From NCBI GenBank assembly GCA_038888155.1, contig JAWAJB010000002.1:64001-128000 (forward strand): a DNA stretch of 64,000 nucleotides, read 5' to 3'. A model generated the notes under the pieces. The model had not been told where the DNA came from, made no database searches, and saw only the letters and a list, made by a program, of their open reading frames with translations. Every line of letters begins with the position of its first letter. Position 1 is the first letter of the stretch. This stretch comes from Desulfurococcaceae archaeon. Lineage in GTDB: Archaea; Thermoproteota; Thermoprotei_A; Sulfolobales; Desulfurococcaceae. A program made the position numbers and the translations under genes. Below, one piece after another: positions 49,131 to 60,487 of the stretch.

Positions 49131-49491
49131 GTATTTTTCTAGTAAAGTCTCGAAAAGGGATAGGGCTTTATTTGAAGCTGGAATAGCTATTGGCACGCTT
49201 GTACATCAATTTACAGGCATCCCAATTAAGAATGTCAACGATTTGGCTGTCCTTGAGGATGCTATGAGAAGGGCCTTGTTGTCGCAGCCATTTAGAGAAG
49301 ATGTTATCATAAAGATCAACGTTGACCTTCCAAGGGCCGAGTCACCTTATAGCTACACAACCGTTAAAGCGAGAAACTTAGACGCAAAAATAGTAGTTAA
49401 TTATCATGGATGCAGAGTTATTGCAAGGTTGAGGTATATTCCAGAGTTAGACTATACTCTCGGGTACGTAGAGGACATTGAGGAGGATTAA
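49111..49491 (+). CDS. mptD: Archaeal dihydroneopterin aldolase
   Basis: RDRALFEAGIAIGTLVHQFTGIP, SQPF, ELDYTLGYV. Confidence 0.88.
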   Translation: MEDPASKYFSSKVSKRDRALFEAGIAIGTLVHQFTGIPIKNVNDLAVLEDAMRRALLSQPFREDVIIKINVDLPRAESPYSYTTVKARNLDAKIVVNYHGCRVIARLRYIPELDYTLGYVEDIEED

Positions 49492-49496
49492 CAGCA

Positions 49497-50219
49497 ATGC
49501 GTAAAAATGTGGCCTGGGGGATCACAGGAGCGGGTGCCTTATTGCAAGAGTCTATTAGTGCACTTAGGTCGTTGATCAAAGGAGGAGTGGGCGTAACAGT
49601 GTTTGTATCCAAGGCTGGCGAGACTGTTCTTAAGATGTATGGATTCAAAGAAGTTATCGAAAATATTGTAGTGGGCAAATATCCAACTGGTATTGTTTAC
49701 GAAAGCTCAGAACATCCAGGATATCCTACAACAGGTAGGTTGTATTTAGGATTGTATTCTGCGGTTATTATTTCACCAGCTACTTTAAACACTGTTGGCA
49801 AGATAGTTAACGGAATAGCAGATAGCCTGGTGTCCGCACTTGCAATGCACGCTTTAAAGACTGGTATACCTATTTATGTCATACCAGTTGATGCCTTTGA
49901 AACTAAAAGCACCATACCGATATTAATTGACAGGGAGAGATGCGAGCGGTGTAATGCTTGTAGTGTTGTGGGGAAGTGCCCCGTCTCCGCTATAGATGAA
50001 CATCCATATTATAAACTTACCATAGATCCCACTAAATGTATAAAATGCCGCCTGTGCTTAAAGTTATGTCCTCTTGGAGCAATAAGATTCGATGTAGATA
50101 TAGTAGTGAAACCCTTTCCGTACTACCTTGAGATTATTGAAAGGGCTAGGAGGATTGATAACTTAAATGTGATATCATCTCCAACTCAGGTCCTGGAATT
50201 GCTCGGTGTCGAGCATTGA
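49497..50219 (+). CDS. Flavoprotein plus ferredoxin domain; dihydromethanopterin reductase DmrX-like
   Basis: AWGITGAG, SKAG, PATLNTVGKIVNGIADSLV; CxxCxxC...CP twice. Confidence 0.85.
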   Translation: MRKNVAWGITGAGALLQESISALRSLIKGGVGVTVFVSKAGETVLKMYGFKEVIENIVVGKYPTGIVYESSEHPGYPTTGRLYLGLYSAVIISPATLNTVGKIVNGIADSLVSALAMHALKTGIPIYVIPVDAFETKSTIPILIDRERCERCNACSVVGKCPVSAIDEHPYYKLTIDPTKCIKCRLCLKLCPLGAIRFDVDIVVKPFPYYLEIIERARRIDNLNVISSPTQVLELLGVEH

Positions 50220-51736
50220 AGTTAGTTTTTATAACGGGGCAAGTTGCTGCAGGAATAATTAGGGAAATTGCAGAAAAAGTACGAGCTGATTTTAACATAG
50301 ACGTAGATGTTGTTGTATTGCCAATTCCCGTAGCGGCTATGATGAACCTAGAGTACCTTAAGAAGGAGATCCCCAAGCGCTTAGAGAGCCTGAGAAATGC
50401 TGATTTAATCATAGTTCCTGGATATACAACAGGCGATATGAGAGAATTGTTGGAGATTACTGGACTAAATGTTGTTAAAGGCCCTCGCTATGCTTATGAC
50501 CTCCCATTAATGATTAAAGCCATTCAAGAAGGAGTTAAGTTTTCGACTTCGATTCCGGCAGATGAAGTTATTAAGGACCAAGTAATGGCCATTGAGGCAA
50601 ATACGCTAAAGGAGGCGAGGTTTAGGGCCCTAAAGGGTGCTCTATTTAACATTGGAAACCTTCCAGTCAGCTCGCACTACCCCCTTGTAGTACTTGAGGT
50701 TTACGTAAGCGGGGAAGACGAACTGGAGAAGTATATAGCTGCGGCAAACACTGCCGATCTAATATCAATAGGTATCCCTTACGGATTTGGAGAGAGAAAG
50801 GCTGAAAGTGTTTTAGGAACTCTAAGAGAAAGGCTAAAGGATAAACCAATCGGCATAGATTCAGCAGAAAAGTCATTAATCATAAACACTGCCGATCTCG
50901 TTGATTTCATTAACGGAGTATCCGTTGATAGCTTAGATTGGTTAATTAAAAATTCGGATCAATTAAAGGACAAACCAATCATCCTTGTAAACACACAATG
51001 TTCTTCAACTTGTTGCCTTGAAAAATTATTGAAATGCGCAGAGCTACTTAGAGGGGAGGGATACGAGAAAATAATCCTAGACCCCGTATTACAACCTCCT
51101 CTATTGGGGTTGGTAAAGTCTCTCGAAATATACTTTGAGCTTAAGAGAATTGCCCCACACATTCCTTTAATTATGGGGGTAGGAAATGCGACCGAGCTTG
51201 TAGACGTAGATAGCATTGGCGTCAATGCGCTGTTGGCATTCATTGGAGTTGAGATTGGCGTAGAGATGTTCCTAACCACGGAGAGTAGTATTAAAACTCG
51301 CGGCTCTACTAAAGAGCTTCGAAAAGCGCTCGATATGGCAATCTTGGCAAGGGACCTAAAGAGAGTTCCAAAGGATCTATCTATAAGCCTGCTCTTGGCT
51401 AAGAGCAAGAAAAAAGTAGATTTTCAACTGCCAAAGACAGAAAACACTATTAGAGCTAGCAAGAAGTCATTAATAAGATCTGATCCAAAGGGATACTTCA
51501 AGATAAAGGTTGATCATGAGAAAGGAGAGATAATAGTACAGCACTACCAATATAGTTCAAGTCAACCCACTATAGAAATAAGAGGCGCAGATCCTTATGA
51601 AATTTTAGCAGAACTAGTAAATAGAGACCTATTATCCCTAGTAGAACACTACTTCTATATGGGGGTAGAGCTATCAAAAGCACGGATGGCTTTGACGATT
51701 GGAAAAGAGTATGAACAAGATAAAGACTTATTTTGA
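50216..51736 (+). CDS. Dihydropteroate synthase-like protein with C-terminal DUF4346-like domain
   Basis: LPIPVAA, KGP..AYDLP, IGIDS, ILDPVL, GVGNATELVDVDSIG, DPKGYFKI, HYFYMGVEL.KA. Confidence 0.85.
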   Translation: MKLVFITGQVAAGIIREIAEKVRADFNIDVDVVVLPIPVAAMMNLEYLKKEIPKRLESLRNADLIIVPGYTTGDMRELLEITGLNVVKGPRYAYDLPLMIKAIQEGVKFSTSIPADEVIKDQVMAIEANTLKEARFRALKGALFNIGNLPVSSHYPLVVLEVYVSGEDELEKYIAAANTADLISIGIPYGFGERKAESVLGTLRERLKDKPIGIDSAEKSLIINTADLVDFINGVSVDSLDWLIKNSDQLKDKPIILVNTQCSSTCCLEKLLKCAELLRGEGYEKIILDPVLQPPLLGLVKSLEIYFELKRIAPHIPLIMGVGNATELVDVDSIGVNALLAFIGVEIGVEMFLTTESSIKTRGSTKELRKALDMAILARDLKRVPKDLSISLLLAKSKKKVDFQLPKTENTIRASKKSLIRSDPKGYFKIKVDHEKGEIIVQHYQYSSSQPTIEIRGADPYEILAELVNRDLLSLVEHYFYMGVELSKARMALTIGKEYEQDKDLF

Positions 51737-51875
51737 AGGCCAATTTATGTATAGCCTCAGCTTGTACACAAAGTACGCGGATCAATAAAAATTATACTTA
51801 ATGCTTTTTAAAAAATAAATAGCGCGAGGTAGTGTATCGGGTTTTTATAATGATTGGACTAGTAAAAATATCTCT

Positions 51876-52589
51876 CTATTTGTTGCACGAAATCTTTGCA
51901 GCTCTCTCTAGCCACTTTCTAACCTCAGCTACATCTTCGGATGGCAGTCGACTCTCTTCATAGCAGAACCACCAGTCAAAGCACTTAAACTGTTTAAATC
52001 TCTCCTTTGCATCCTTTACTGTTCTTGCTGGAGGAACTATAAGGGAATCGTTGATTAGCTCATTATTAGGCCAGTTAGCAGGCAGTGCCCTTTTAAGTTC
52101 CGTGTTAACTTGAAGAGCTTTGACAAGCCTTAATATTTCGTCCATATTTCTCCCTGCTTCCTGAGGGTAGTATAATATTGCCCTCACTGTTCCTTCAGGG
52201 TCTATTATTATCACAGACCTAACAGTGTGGGTTGCGCTTTGTGCATGTAAGAAACCCAATCGCTTTGACACTTCTCCATTGGAGTCAGCTATAACTGGGA
52301 ACGGAATTTCCACATTGAATTTATCCTCGATCCACTCAATCCACTTAATGTGCGAGTAGACGCTGTCAATGCTCAGACCTATCAGCTCTGTATTTAATCT
52401 CTTGAAATCGTTGTATCTTTTAGCGAACGCTATGAACTCAGTTGTGCAGACAGGTGTAAAGTCAGCAGGATGGCTAAAGAGCACTAACCATTTTCCTGCG
52501 TAGTCGCTCGGCAACTTTTTAAGTCCATGGGTAGTTTCGACTTCCATCTGGGGCAGTTTTTCGCCAATAAGGTAAATGCTTCCCGGCAA
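51876..52589 (-). CDS. Peroxiredoxin (archaeal Prx6-type)
   Basis: [33 protein letters not shown] at 52589 after GGTG (ORF opens at 52601). Confidence 0.95.
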   Translation of the reverse strand: MPGSIYLIGEKLPQMEVETTHGLKKLPSDYAGKWLVLFSHPADFTPVCTTEFIAFAKRYNDFKRLNTELIGLSIDSVYSHIKWIEWIEDKFNVEIPFPVIADSNGEVSKRLGFLHAQSATHTVRSVIIIDPEGTVRAILYYPQEAGRNMDEILRLVKALQVNTELKRALPANWPNNELINDSLIVPPARTVKDAKERFKQFKCFDWWFCYEESRLPSEDVAEVRKWLERAAKISCNK

Positions 52590-53019
52590 ATCTAACACCA
52601 TTTATATAATATTAATTTTAGGGTTTTTAAAATTTTCTTATTTTTAGAGTTTTTGTTAAAATTAGTTGAAAAATTTATACAAATAAATCATGAATTGATA
52701 TATCTATTAGAGAAGGTTAAAGGGGATGATAGTAATTTTCAATGAGGAAGTTGTGAGATCGTAGAATGAGAGATTCATTGGAAATAGCCAATTAACACAT
52801 TAACAATTAATTTCAGTGCCCTTACACGGATTGCTCTGGGTTAATCTTAATTTGTTTATTACTAAGGCGCTTAATATGAAGGAAGCGGGGTTAGCAACAA
52901 TTTTACTCATCGCTTGATAGCAAGCAAAGCATATATTAATGCGCTTTTATAAAGCCTCAACACAATTTTTTAAACGATCTTAGAAGGGCTAGTAATTCTC
53001 GTTAATTTTAGGTGTCTAG

Positions 53020-54630
53020 ATGACTTGGTTTAATTCGGAGGAGATTAGTTCCGCGTCCATTATTTCCTTTAGCGGACAAGTTAGGGATCCAATATATGGT
53101 TATATAGACTACTTAAAGGGTCTGGAAGATCTAGTAATGGACTCGTGGCCTCTTCAAAGGCTGAGATATATTTACCAATTGCAGGCAGGACATTTTGTAT
53201 ATCCGGGTGCTACACACACTCGTTTTTCGCATTCTTTGGGCGTTATGTATTCATCGTACAAGTACATTTCATTCCTCCTCAGATCGCTACAGGCATCTAA
53301 TTTGCCGGAAGAAGTAATCGGCCAAGCACGTAGAAATTATAGAGAAATTACGCTAGCAACGAGATTACTTGGACTACTACACGATATAGGTCATGGTCCG
53401 CTTAGCCACGCATTTGATAAGCACGTATATAGAACTAGGTGGTTCCTAGGGTACAGAATTGGCAACCACGAAGTAATGGGTTATTTGATATATAGAGATT
53501 ATATAAGGAACTTGATTAGGGGGATAACTACAGCCAATAAAAAATATCTCAACATAGATGTAGATTGCTTGCTAGAACTGCTCGATGCCGGAATGAAACC
53601 ACCTCTAGGCATGAAGGGATACAGCGATCTAACCGAAAGAGGTGTAATCAAAGAGGGCGAATTCTACTGGTCCGGCGGATCAGGGTTAGAGCACATTATA
53701 AGAATGGTAGTAAGAGACTACATCTATACCAGCGATATAATGGACTACTTGAAGAGGGACAGCTACTTTACAGGCGTGCCTATAGGGCAAATAAACGATG
53801 ACTGGATCATTAGGAATTCTTTTATTTTCGAAAAGGACGGAAGGCTAACCATAGCGGTTGCATCTAAAGCGCTTGACGAAGTTTCTAGACTATTTGACGC
53901 TAGAAGATTAATGTATAAGTTCATTTACCTTCATCCAGTTAATGTTGCGTTCATAGAGACATTGGGGTATCTTCTACGATGTATAAAGAGCTATGTGGTC
54001 AACGCACTAGATGGAGTGTTCGGACAGGCAGGGGATTACGAGAAGTATATAAATCTCACAGATTATTCCTTTTACACTAAACTCCAAGAGCTACTCTTTG
54101 CAAGCGCTCAAAGCTATGAATGCGAAGATTATTTATTTGCAAATACAGCGCTAAAGAGCATATTTTATCGTAGAAAACCCGTGTGGAAGCTCCTAAAGAG
54201 ATTTACTTATGATCTAGATGATGTAAAAGTTCTATTCGGCGAGATAGGAGAACATGTTCAGGAATTAATTAAGAGGCGCGTAAAGAGCGAAGTCTCAGCC
54301 ATTTTCTCAAATAAGGGAATTTCCGACGTCGATATAAACGTAACAATTGATAGAGTAGAGGCGTATCCCACAGCAGGGGCTGAAATAGTTAATAAAATCG
54401 AAATTGTTGACATCAAAGAAGGACGTGTTGTATATGAAAACACAATGACGTTCGAAGAGTTCGCAAAAGAACACGGAATACTCTCTGAGGCTCTTATAAC
54501 TGTTTACCTAAACAGAGAGAAGTACAAGTCCCTCAACAACAAAGACATTGAAGACATTATTGGAATAGTCAAAGAGATAGCAGACAGCTCCATCAAGGGG
54601 CGCCGAAGAGATGCCCCAGAGACTAGCTGA
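53020..54630 (+). CDS. HD-domain phosphohydrolase (dNTP triphosphohydrolase-like)
   Basis: RDPIYG, QRLRYIYQL, YPGATHTRFSHSLG, LLHDIGHGPLSH, DIMDYLKRDSYFTG. Confidence 0.9.
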   Translation: MTWFNSEEISSASIISFSGQVRDPIYGYIDYLKGLEDLVMDSWPLQRLRYIYQLQAGHFVYPGATHTRFSHSLGVMYSSYKYISFLLRSLQASNLPEEVIGQARRNYREITLATRLLGLLHDIGHGPLSHAFDKHVYRTRWFLGYRIGNHEVMGYLIYRDYIRNLIRGITTANKKYLNIDVDCLLELLDAGMKPPLGMKGYSDLTERGVIKEGEFYWSGGSGLEHIIRMVVRDYIYTSDIMDYLKRDSYFTGVPIGQINDDWIIRNSFIFEKDGRLTIAVASKALDEVSRLFDARRLMYKFIYLHPVNVAFIETLGYLLRCIKSYVVNALDGVFGQAGDYEKYINLTDYSFYTKLQELLFASAQSYECEDYLFANTALKSIFYRRKPVWKLLKRFTYDLDDVKVLFGEIGEHVQELIKRRVKSEVSAIFSNKGISDVDINVTIDRVEAYPTAGAEIVNKIEIVDIKEGRVVYENTMTFEEFAKEHGILSEALITVYLNREKYKSLNNKDIEDIIGIVKEIADSSIKGRRRDAPETS

Positions 54631-54755
54631 TATCCTAAAGCTGGATGTTGTATAAAGCGTAAAATTGAAGTAAACTAATGAATTGCTGTTTAATACTGTG
54701 TAGTCATAAGTATATTTTCAACAAGAGAGTAAATCTCTCTCTGTGGTGCTTATTA

Positions 54756-55250
54756 ATGGAACTGTGGCAATATGCTTTAGCCATCTTAATGTCAATAATG
54801 CCGATAAGCGAAGTGAGAGGGGCCATACCATATGTAGTGCTGGTAGCCAAGGACACAAGCTCTGTCGTAGTTGGGTGTATTATTTCCACAATATCCAATA
54901 TGGTTGTTCCAGTAATTGTTTTTAATGCATTAGATCTTCTTAATAAGTTCGCTAAATCTTCAGACAGGCTTAGTTTCTTCAAGAAGACCTATTCATGGAT
55001 AGTTGAACACGGTAAAAAGAAGGCACATAAGGTTGAAGCTGGGGGGTATGTAGCATTGTCGGTTTTCGTTGCTCTACCATTTCCTGCAACTGGCGCTTGG
55101 ACAGGCAGCCTTATAGCTTACCTGCTAGGTTTAGATAGATGCAAATCTATCCTCTTCATAAATTTAGGCGTTTTGATTGCATCAATTATAGTCTTTTCCG
55201 CAGTATACTTGAGCGTAGAATTTTTAAAGAAAATTTTCTTTATATTCTAA
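54756..55250 (+). CDS. COG2426 small multidrug-export-like membrane protein
   Basis: MPISEVRGAIP, FVALPFPATGAWTG. Confidence 0.88.
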   Translation: MELWQYALAILMSIMPISEVRGAIPYVVLVAKDTSSVVVGCIISTISNMVVPVIVFNALDLLNKFAKSSDRLSFFKKTYSWIVEHGKKKAHKVEAGGYVALSVFVALPFPATGAWTGSLIAYLLGLDRCKSILFINLGVLIASIIVFSAVYLSVEFLKKIFFIF

Positions 55251-55262
55251 GACTTATTTGTT

Positions 55263-56711
55263 ATGGACAGCTTAGCAAGCTTTGCAAAACTGAGAATTGC
55301 GGTGACATCAGTGGAGGTTATCGGAAAATACAGGGATATGGTTATTAACGAACCCGTAGGCAAAACCCTTTTACGCCTAGGTCTGCCGTTGATGGTCTTT
55401 CAACTAGTAAACATATCATATAATTTAGTTGATACATATTGGCTCAGTCAATACAGCGATATTGCTTATGCTGCTCCGCGCCAGGTTTGGCCGTTCTTCA
55501 TGTTCATTAACTCAATTGCGCAGGGTCTTGCTGCTGCGAACACTGCTCTAATAAGTCAGGCAGTTGGAGCCCAGGACTATAGCTATACAAAGCGCGTGGT
55601 GTCTCAATTCGTATCTGCAACTTTAATTTTCAATGGATTAATAACATTTATTTTCCTGCTTTCAGGCCCATTTATCTATAAATACTTAGTTGCAACACCT
55701 ATGGAGATTTATGACTCGGTAGTAACCTACTCGACAATTATATCTATCGACCTTTTGCTCTCAGGCCTCACCATAGGCTACGGGACCATATTTCAAGCAT
55801 TAGGTGACACCAAGACGCCCTCCAGGTTTGGAATCATATCTTCAATTTTAAATGTACTGCTAGATCCCATCATGATTTTCGGCGTAAAAATCGGAAACAC
55901 AGTCATATTTCCTGATCTAGGCATTGCAGGCGCTGCTTGGGCAACAGTTTTATCTAGGTTCATTGGGCTGGTACTCGTATTCAAAGTGTTATCCCAAAAG
56001 TATATGTTTTTGAGAACAAAACTCACGTTACAAATCGACATAGAATGGCTAATGAAGAGCCTTAAAATAGGCCTGCCGGTAACTTTAATGCACATGAGCA
56101 ACAGCCTAGCCTTTATGCTACAGAATAGACTGATAAACTTATTTGGAGTGTATGTGGTTGCGGCAGCCGTTATTGGCTTTATACTGATGGACTTGGCTGA
56201 CGCGGCCCTGTGGGGCTTCACGTTCTCAGTTTCAACAATGATTGGACAAGCTATTGGTGCTAATCTCGAGAAAAGGGCCAGAGAAGTTGCAATTAAATCA
56301 ATGGTATATATAGGAATAATGACTTCTCTCGGCTCCCTATTCGTCTTAATATTTAGGCAGACCTTCATTAACGTGTTTACAAGTATACCAACAATAGTCA
56401 ATGAAGCCGACTTGTTCGTTAAGTTATTTTCACCAACTCTTTCATTCTTCGCCATTTTCTTCATTGGAATGTCGATCGGAAGAGGGTCTGGACACACGCT
56501 TTATCCCACGGTCGTTGGAATTATAAGGCTATGGATCTTTAGGCTTGGATTCGGTTACTTGTTATCGGTACTTCTCGGTACAGGAACAATAGGACTTTGG
56601 ATTTCTATGAGTTTAAGCAACTTGTTCTCAGGACTAGCAGTGATTCCTTGGGCTCTATGGGGAAAATGGACTATTCCAGTGATAAATAAAAGCGAAGATA
56701 GGCAAGGATAA
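55263..56711 (+). CDS. MATE family efflux transporter
   Basis: YNLVDTYW, ISQAVGA, ALGDTKTP, LNVLLDPIMIFG, GIAGAAWAT; start may be later. Confidence 0.92.
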   Translation: MDSLASFAKLRIAVTSVEVIGKYRDMVINEPVGKTLLRLGLPLMVFQLVNISYNLVDTYWLSQYSDIAYAAPRQVWPFFMFINSIAQGLAAANTALISQAVGAQDYSYTKRVVSQFVSATLIFNGLITFIFLLSGPFIYKYLVATPMEIYDSVVTYSTIISIDLLLSGLTIGYGTIFQALGDTKTPSRFGIISSILNVLLDPIMIFGVKIGNTVIFPDLGIAGAAWATVLSRFIGLVLVFKVLSQKYMFLRTKLTLQIDIEWLMKSLKIGLPVTLMHMSNSLAFMLQNRLINLFGVYVVAAAVIGFILMDLADAALWGFTFSVSTMIGQAIGANLEKRAREVAIKSMVYIGIMTSLGSLFVLIFRQTFINVFTSIPTIVNEADLFVKLFSPTLSFFAIFFIGMSIGRGSGHTLYPTVVGIIRLWIFRLGFGYLLSVLLGTGTIGLWISMSLSNLFSGLAVIPWALWGKWTIPVINKSEDRQG

Positions 56712-56972
56712 ATAACCATAGTGCATTTGTACACTCCGCCGATCTTCGATACGTGGGCAAGAGCAAAGTAATAGTGAATTACATAACGTCGGTAACTGTC
56801 ATCAGCGATAGCATTTCTTCTACAATGAAAACATTTGAATCCTGTACATTTTTAATAAAAATGTTACAGTGAACTGTCATTGGGCTTTTACTACCATTGG
56901 CACAATATTTAATCAAGTTTGGGCAATAATTTATGTATTGTTAACGCGACTTCACTTGGCGAGGGGGTAATT

Positions 56973-57896
56973 ATGTATAAACACATGGATGTAATATCCG
57001 CACTTCAGTTCGGCAGAAGTGATATCGAGGGATTAATACGTTTGGCAGAGGAGTTAAGATACTCCGTCGAAAGGGGGGAAAAGCTACACATAGCCGAAAA
57101 GAGCGTAATGTTTACGGCCTTCTTTGAACCTAGCACAAGGACAAGGCTGAGCTTTCATTTTGCAATGACCAAGCTAGGAGGCAAGGTTGTTGATCTAGGG
57201 CCCGAAGAAGTGACAAGCATGGCCAAAGGTGAAAGCCCAGAGGATACATTACGTACTGTAGATAGCTATGGACCTGATTTAATAGTACTTAGACACCCTA
57301 AACCGGGCTTTGCTAGTCGGGCAGCAGAGATTTGCAGAGCACCAGTGATCAATGCCGGCGACGGTCACAACGAGCATCCTACACAGGCACTTCTAGACGT
57401 ATACACTATATGGAGGGTAATGGGACGAATCGATGGAGTCAAAGTCGGGATGATGGGCGACTTGAGGTACAGCAGAACGATTTCTAGCCTCTCATTTGCC
57501 TTGTCCAACTTTCGCTCGGTGGAATTATACTTCATATCCCCGGGAGATCTACGACCACGCGAGGATATACTAAAAGTGTTAGATCAACGGAGGACTCGTT
57601 ACAATTTAGTGGAAAGACCAGAGAACATAATAGAAAATTTGGATGTTTTATATATAACTAGGTTGCAAAAAGAGCGAATGAAGCCCGAAGAATACGAGAG
57701 ACTTAAAAATAGCTATACAATAACATATGACTATTTGAGACAATTCAGCAAGATCCCCGTTATTTTGCACCCGTTACCCAGGGTTTGGGAGCTTAAAGAG
57801 GACGTAGATATATTGCCGCACGCGATGTACTTTGAACAGGCCAAAAATGGTCTCTATATAAGGATGGCCTTAATCAAGGCCATTCTGGGATTGTAA
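56973..57896 (+). CDS. pyrB: Aspartate carbamoyltransferase catalytic subunit
   Basis: FEPSTRTRLSF, SMAKGES, NAGDG..EHPTQALLD, GDLRYSRT, TRLQKER, HPLPR. Confidence 0.93.
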   Translation: MYKHMDVISALQFGRSDIEGLIRLAEELRYSVERGEKLHIAEKSVMFTAFFEPSTRTRLSFHFAMTKLGGKVVDLGPEEVTSMAKGESPEDTLRTVDSYGPDLIVLRHPKPGFASRAAEICRAPVINAGDGHNEHPTQALLDVYTIWRVMGRIDGVKVGMMGDLRYSRTISSLSFALSNFRSVELYFISPGDLRPREDILKVLDQRRTRYNLVERPENIIENLDVLYITRLQKERMKPEEYERLKNSYTITYDYLRQFSKIPVILHPLPRVWELKEDVDILPHAMYFEQAKNGLYIRMALIKAILGL

Positions 57897-58439
57897 GTAT
57901 ACACAATTTTTGTCGAAATTTTCGCTTTACCATTAAGCTAAAATATTTTACAGTTCAACTAATAATTTTAAAACTTTCCTACAATAAAAACTAATCAACC
58001 TTCCGTCCTGTGCGTATTTACCTTGTAGTTCATGTTCAACTTGAGCGTTGATAGTTTTACCTCGGTCAGTTGGTTGCTGCAACTATGTTGACCGCGACTT
58101 TAATCCGCCATCTTGCATTTAACGCTTTGTCTAATTGAAGAACAGTCAAGGCAGGATTGTAGTAATCATAATTAATTCGCTGTTAGCTACCCTATTTCAC
58201 TATCCCGAACTCAATTCGACGAACTTGGGGCTCTGTTATGTAGCGTTTTAAAACGATACATAATATTCTTCAAGAACCACAAAAAATTAAAGTTAATGGA
58301 GTAAGATCAAGCGATCGCGGAGCGACGATTACATCTTTTGAAGAACTTTAATAAATCTGATCCCCCAATTTAAAATATTATCCCTCGCTTCGATTTAACG
58401 TTTTGTGAGAATTTTTTAGTTCATTTCGAGATTTTGGAA

Positions 58440-58620
58440 AAACCGACTTCCACATTTAGACATTCCGGCAATTTAAAGAAAGATGATCGCAGAATTAATA
58501 GCGCCTACAACCAATAACAGTAAGACAGCATTTAAGGATCATCCCTTAAGTGTCAAACAAATCGGGAACAGCATTGCTATAATCGCAATGACACATTTAT
58601 TCTCATTGCACAGGACCCAT
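58440..58620 (-). pseudogene. Possible relic of a membrane-protein gene
   Basis: One minus frame reads CVIAIIAMLFPICLTLKG*SLNAVLLLLVVGAINSAIIFL*IAGM inside a 1.3-kb gap with no credible gene. Confidence 0.3.
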
Positions 58621-59226
58621 GATCTTTTAGATAATTACTTAGACTTATCAGAGCAGTCCATAGCTCGATTCGAGGTTACATTAATTGCACTTTGTCAGAT
58701 ATAGGGATAGCCCTTTAAAAGAAAAAGTCCCACATAAACATCGTGTAGTTGTTAAACCAATCTTTATAAACTACAGAAAGTCAATTCATTAAGGCCATTT
58801 AATAATCTTGTCTGGCCCATATAGTGGCGAAGGATCGTCGAAAATATTGTTACCCAGAACAATAGCGCAACTCTGTTAGTTTGAGGTAGCTGTGAAGGTC
58901 AACAGTATTATTGTACACAATTTGCCCTTTTCCTACTTAATTACATTTATAGTCGATAGTTCCATAATTGTAGAGTTTTTCGCCTATGCTTGAAAATCTA
59001 CTACTTGTTCACCGGTCTCAGTAAAATATGGAGGCTAGCATAAACTATTTGAGCAACCTATAAAGTCAAGGTTAGAGATGCCTTTAAGATGCTCATACAA
59101 TACGCGGGGATGCAATGGACTAATATAAGAATACTCATCAGACATTTTAATGCCGGGCAAACATACTGCTTTGTATATAAACGTTTCGAAAGGTAAAAAC
59201 CCCTTAGGAGTCAAGAGGTCTATGGC

Positions 59227-60408
59227 ATGATTAGCTTGACGCTATTGTTCACGATTTCGGTATGTATAGCCATTACTCTTATATTCTTAGGAGTGAATAT
59301 ACCAATAGCTTTGCTTTTAGCTATGCTTCTCTACTCTGTCCCAACTCTCGGAAAAGACCTTATACCTACAGTTTTTAGCTCCTTTAACATGAACATGCTA
59401 AACACCGTCCTTTCATTGATGTTTGCCCTTCTATTAGCCAACTTGTTTAAGTCTAAAGCTATCTCAGATCAACTTGTCAGCTCGTTTCAATCTATAGGAA
59501 TTCGCATAGCCACTGTAGCAATTCCTGCCATTATTGGATTGTTACCTATGCCAGCAGGGGCCTATATTTCAGCAACAATGGTAGAACCTATTTACAGAAA
59601 ACTTGGGTTAGATAGGGAAAAAAGTACTTACATCAACTTCTGGCTTAGACATATATGGCTAGCAGTTTGGCCCCTGTACCAGGGGATCATTCTCGCATCT
59701 GGTATTCTAAAGAAGACATCAATAGAGATCATTTCGTGGACTTGGCCGATAGCTTTAGCCTCGCTGATTGCCGGAATCATTGTTGTCAGCCTCATTGTTC
59801 CTAAGGAAACGGGTGAAGAAGGCTGCAGGAAAAATTTCAGGGGCCTTATCCACATATGGCCCTTCTTGCTTGTGGCTTTGCTGACATTTTCAGGGTTGCA
59901 GTTAGTTTTTCTCTCCGTATTGATCACAATAGTTATTTTTGTAATAATCTATAGGGTATCATTTCGCGAACTGATGACAAGTCTTAGAAAGTCAATTGAC
60001 TACAGCTTGATTGGGCTGGTGGTTGTATCGTTGGTTTTCGGCGATGTTTTAGCTATAACGGGGCTATCCAATCAGCTCGTCGGCTACCTGATGGGAGATT
60101 ACAAGTATGTCTTAATGCCCCTTGTTCCACTCTTCATTGTATTGGCTACGGGGTTTGAGTTCACATTCGTGGTTTTAACCTTTCCGGCCCTGCAACCGCT
60201 CCTTTCAGGGCCCGGATTAACGCTAGCTTATTTAGGAGGTTACTTAGGGGCAATGCTGTCTCCTTCACATGCTTGTCTAGTTATGTCTGCTAAATATTTC
60301 AATGCAAGTCTCCCAAGAGTTTATAAGTACTTAATTCCATCCGCAGCTCTAACAGCTATTATAACTGTGTTATTTATATTTGCAGCTAATCATGTATTTA
60401 TGGTCTGA
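59227..60408 (+). CDS. DUF401 family membrane protein (putative transporter)
   Basis: IPAIIGLLPMPAGA, INFWLRHIW..WPLY, MLSPSHACL...YF. Confidence 0.85.
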   Translation: MISLTLLFTISVCIAITLIFLGVNIPIALLLAMLLYSVPTLGKDLIPTVFSSFNMNMLNTVLSLMFALLLANLFKSKAISDQLVSSFQSIGIRIATVAIPAIIGLLPMPAGAYISATMVEPIYRKLGLDREKSTYINFWLRHIWLAVWPLYQGIILASGILKKTSIEIISWTWPIALASLIAGIIVVSLIVPKETGEEGCRKNFRGLIHIWPFLLVALLTFSGLQLVFLSVLITIVIFVIIYRVSFRELMTSLRKSIDYSLIGLVVVSLVFGDVLAITGLSNQLVGYLMGDYKYVLMPLVPLFIVLATGFEFTFVVLTFPALQPLLSGPGLTLAYLGGYLGAMLSPSHACLVMSAKYFNASLPRVYKYLIPSAALTAIITVLFIFAANHVFMV

Positions 60409-60487
60409 TTAACCACAGTAGATTTTATCAAAAATAAATAGTGATCAAAAGAAAGCGAGCTCATGCCGTTTATTTTGTTAAATATCC

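Noticed and set aside
55793-56497. Long antisense ORFs (for example 234 aa here, 171 aa at 25736-26251, 149 aa at 50959-51408)
   Set aside because: Shadows of well-supported genes on the opposite strand, with no motifs
58483-58704. 73-aa plus-strand ORF in the gene desert
   Set aside because: No SD or motif; the opposite strand looks more protein-like
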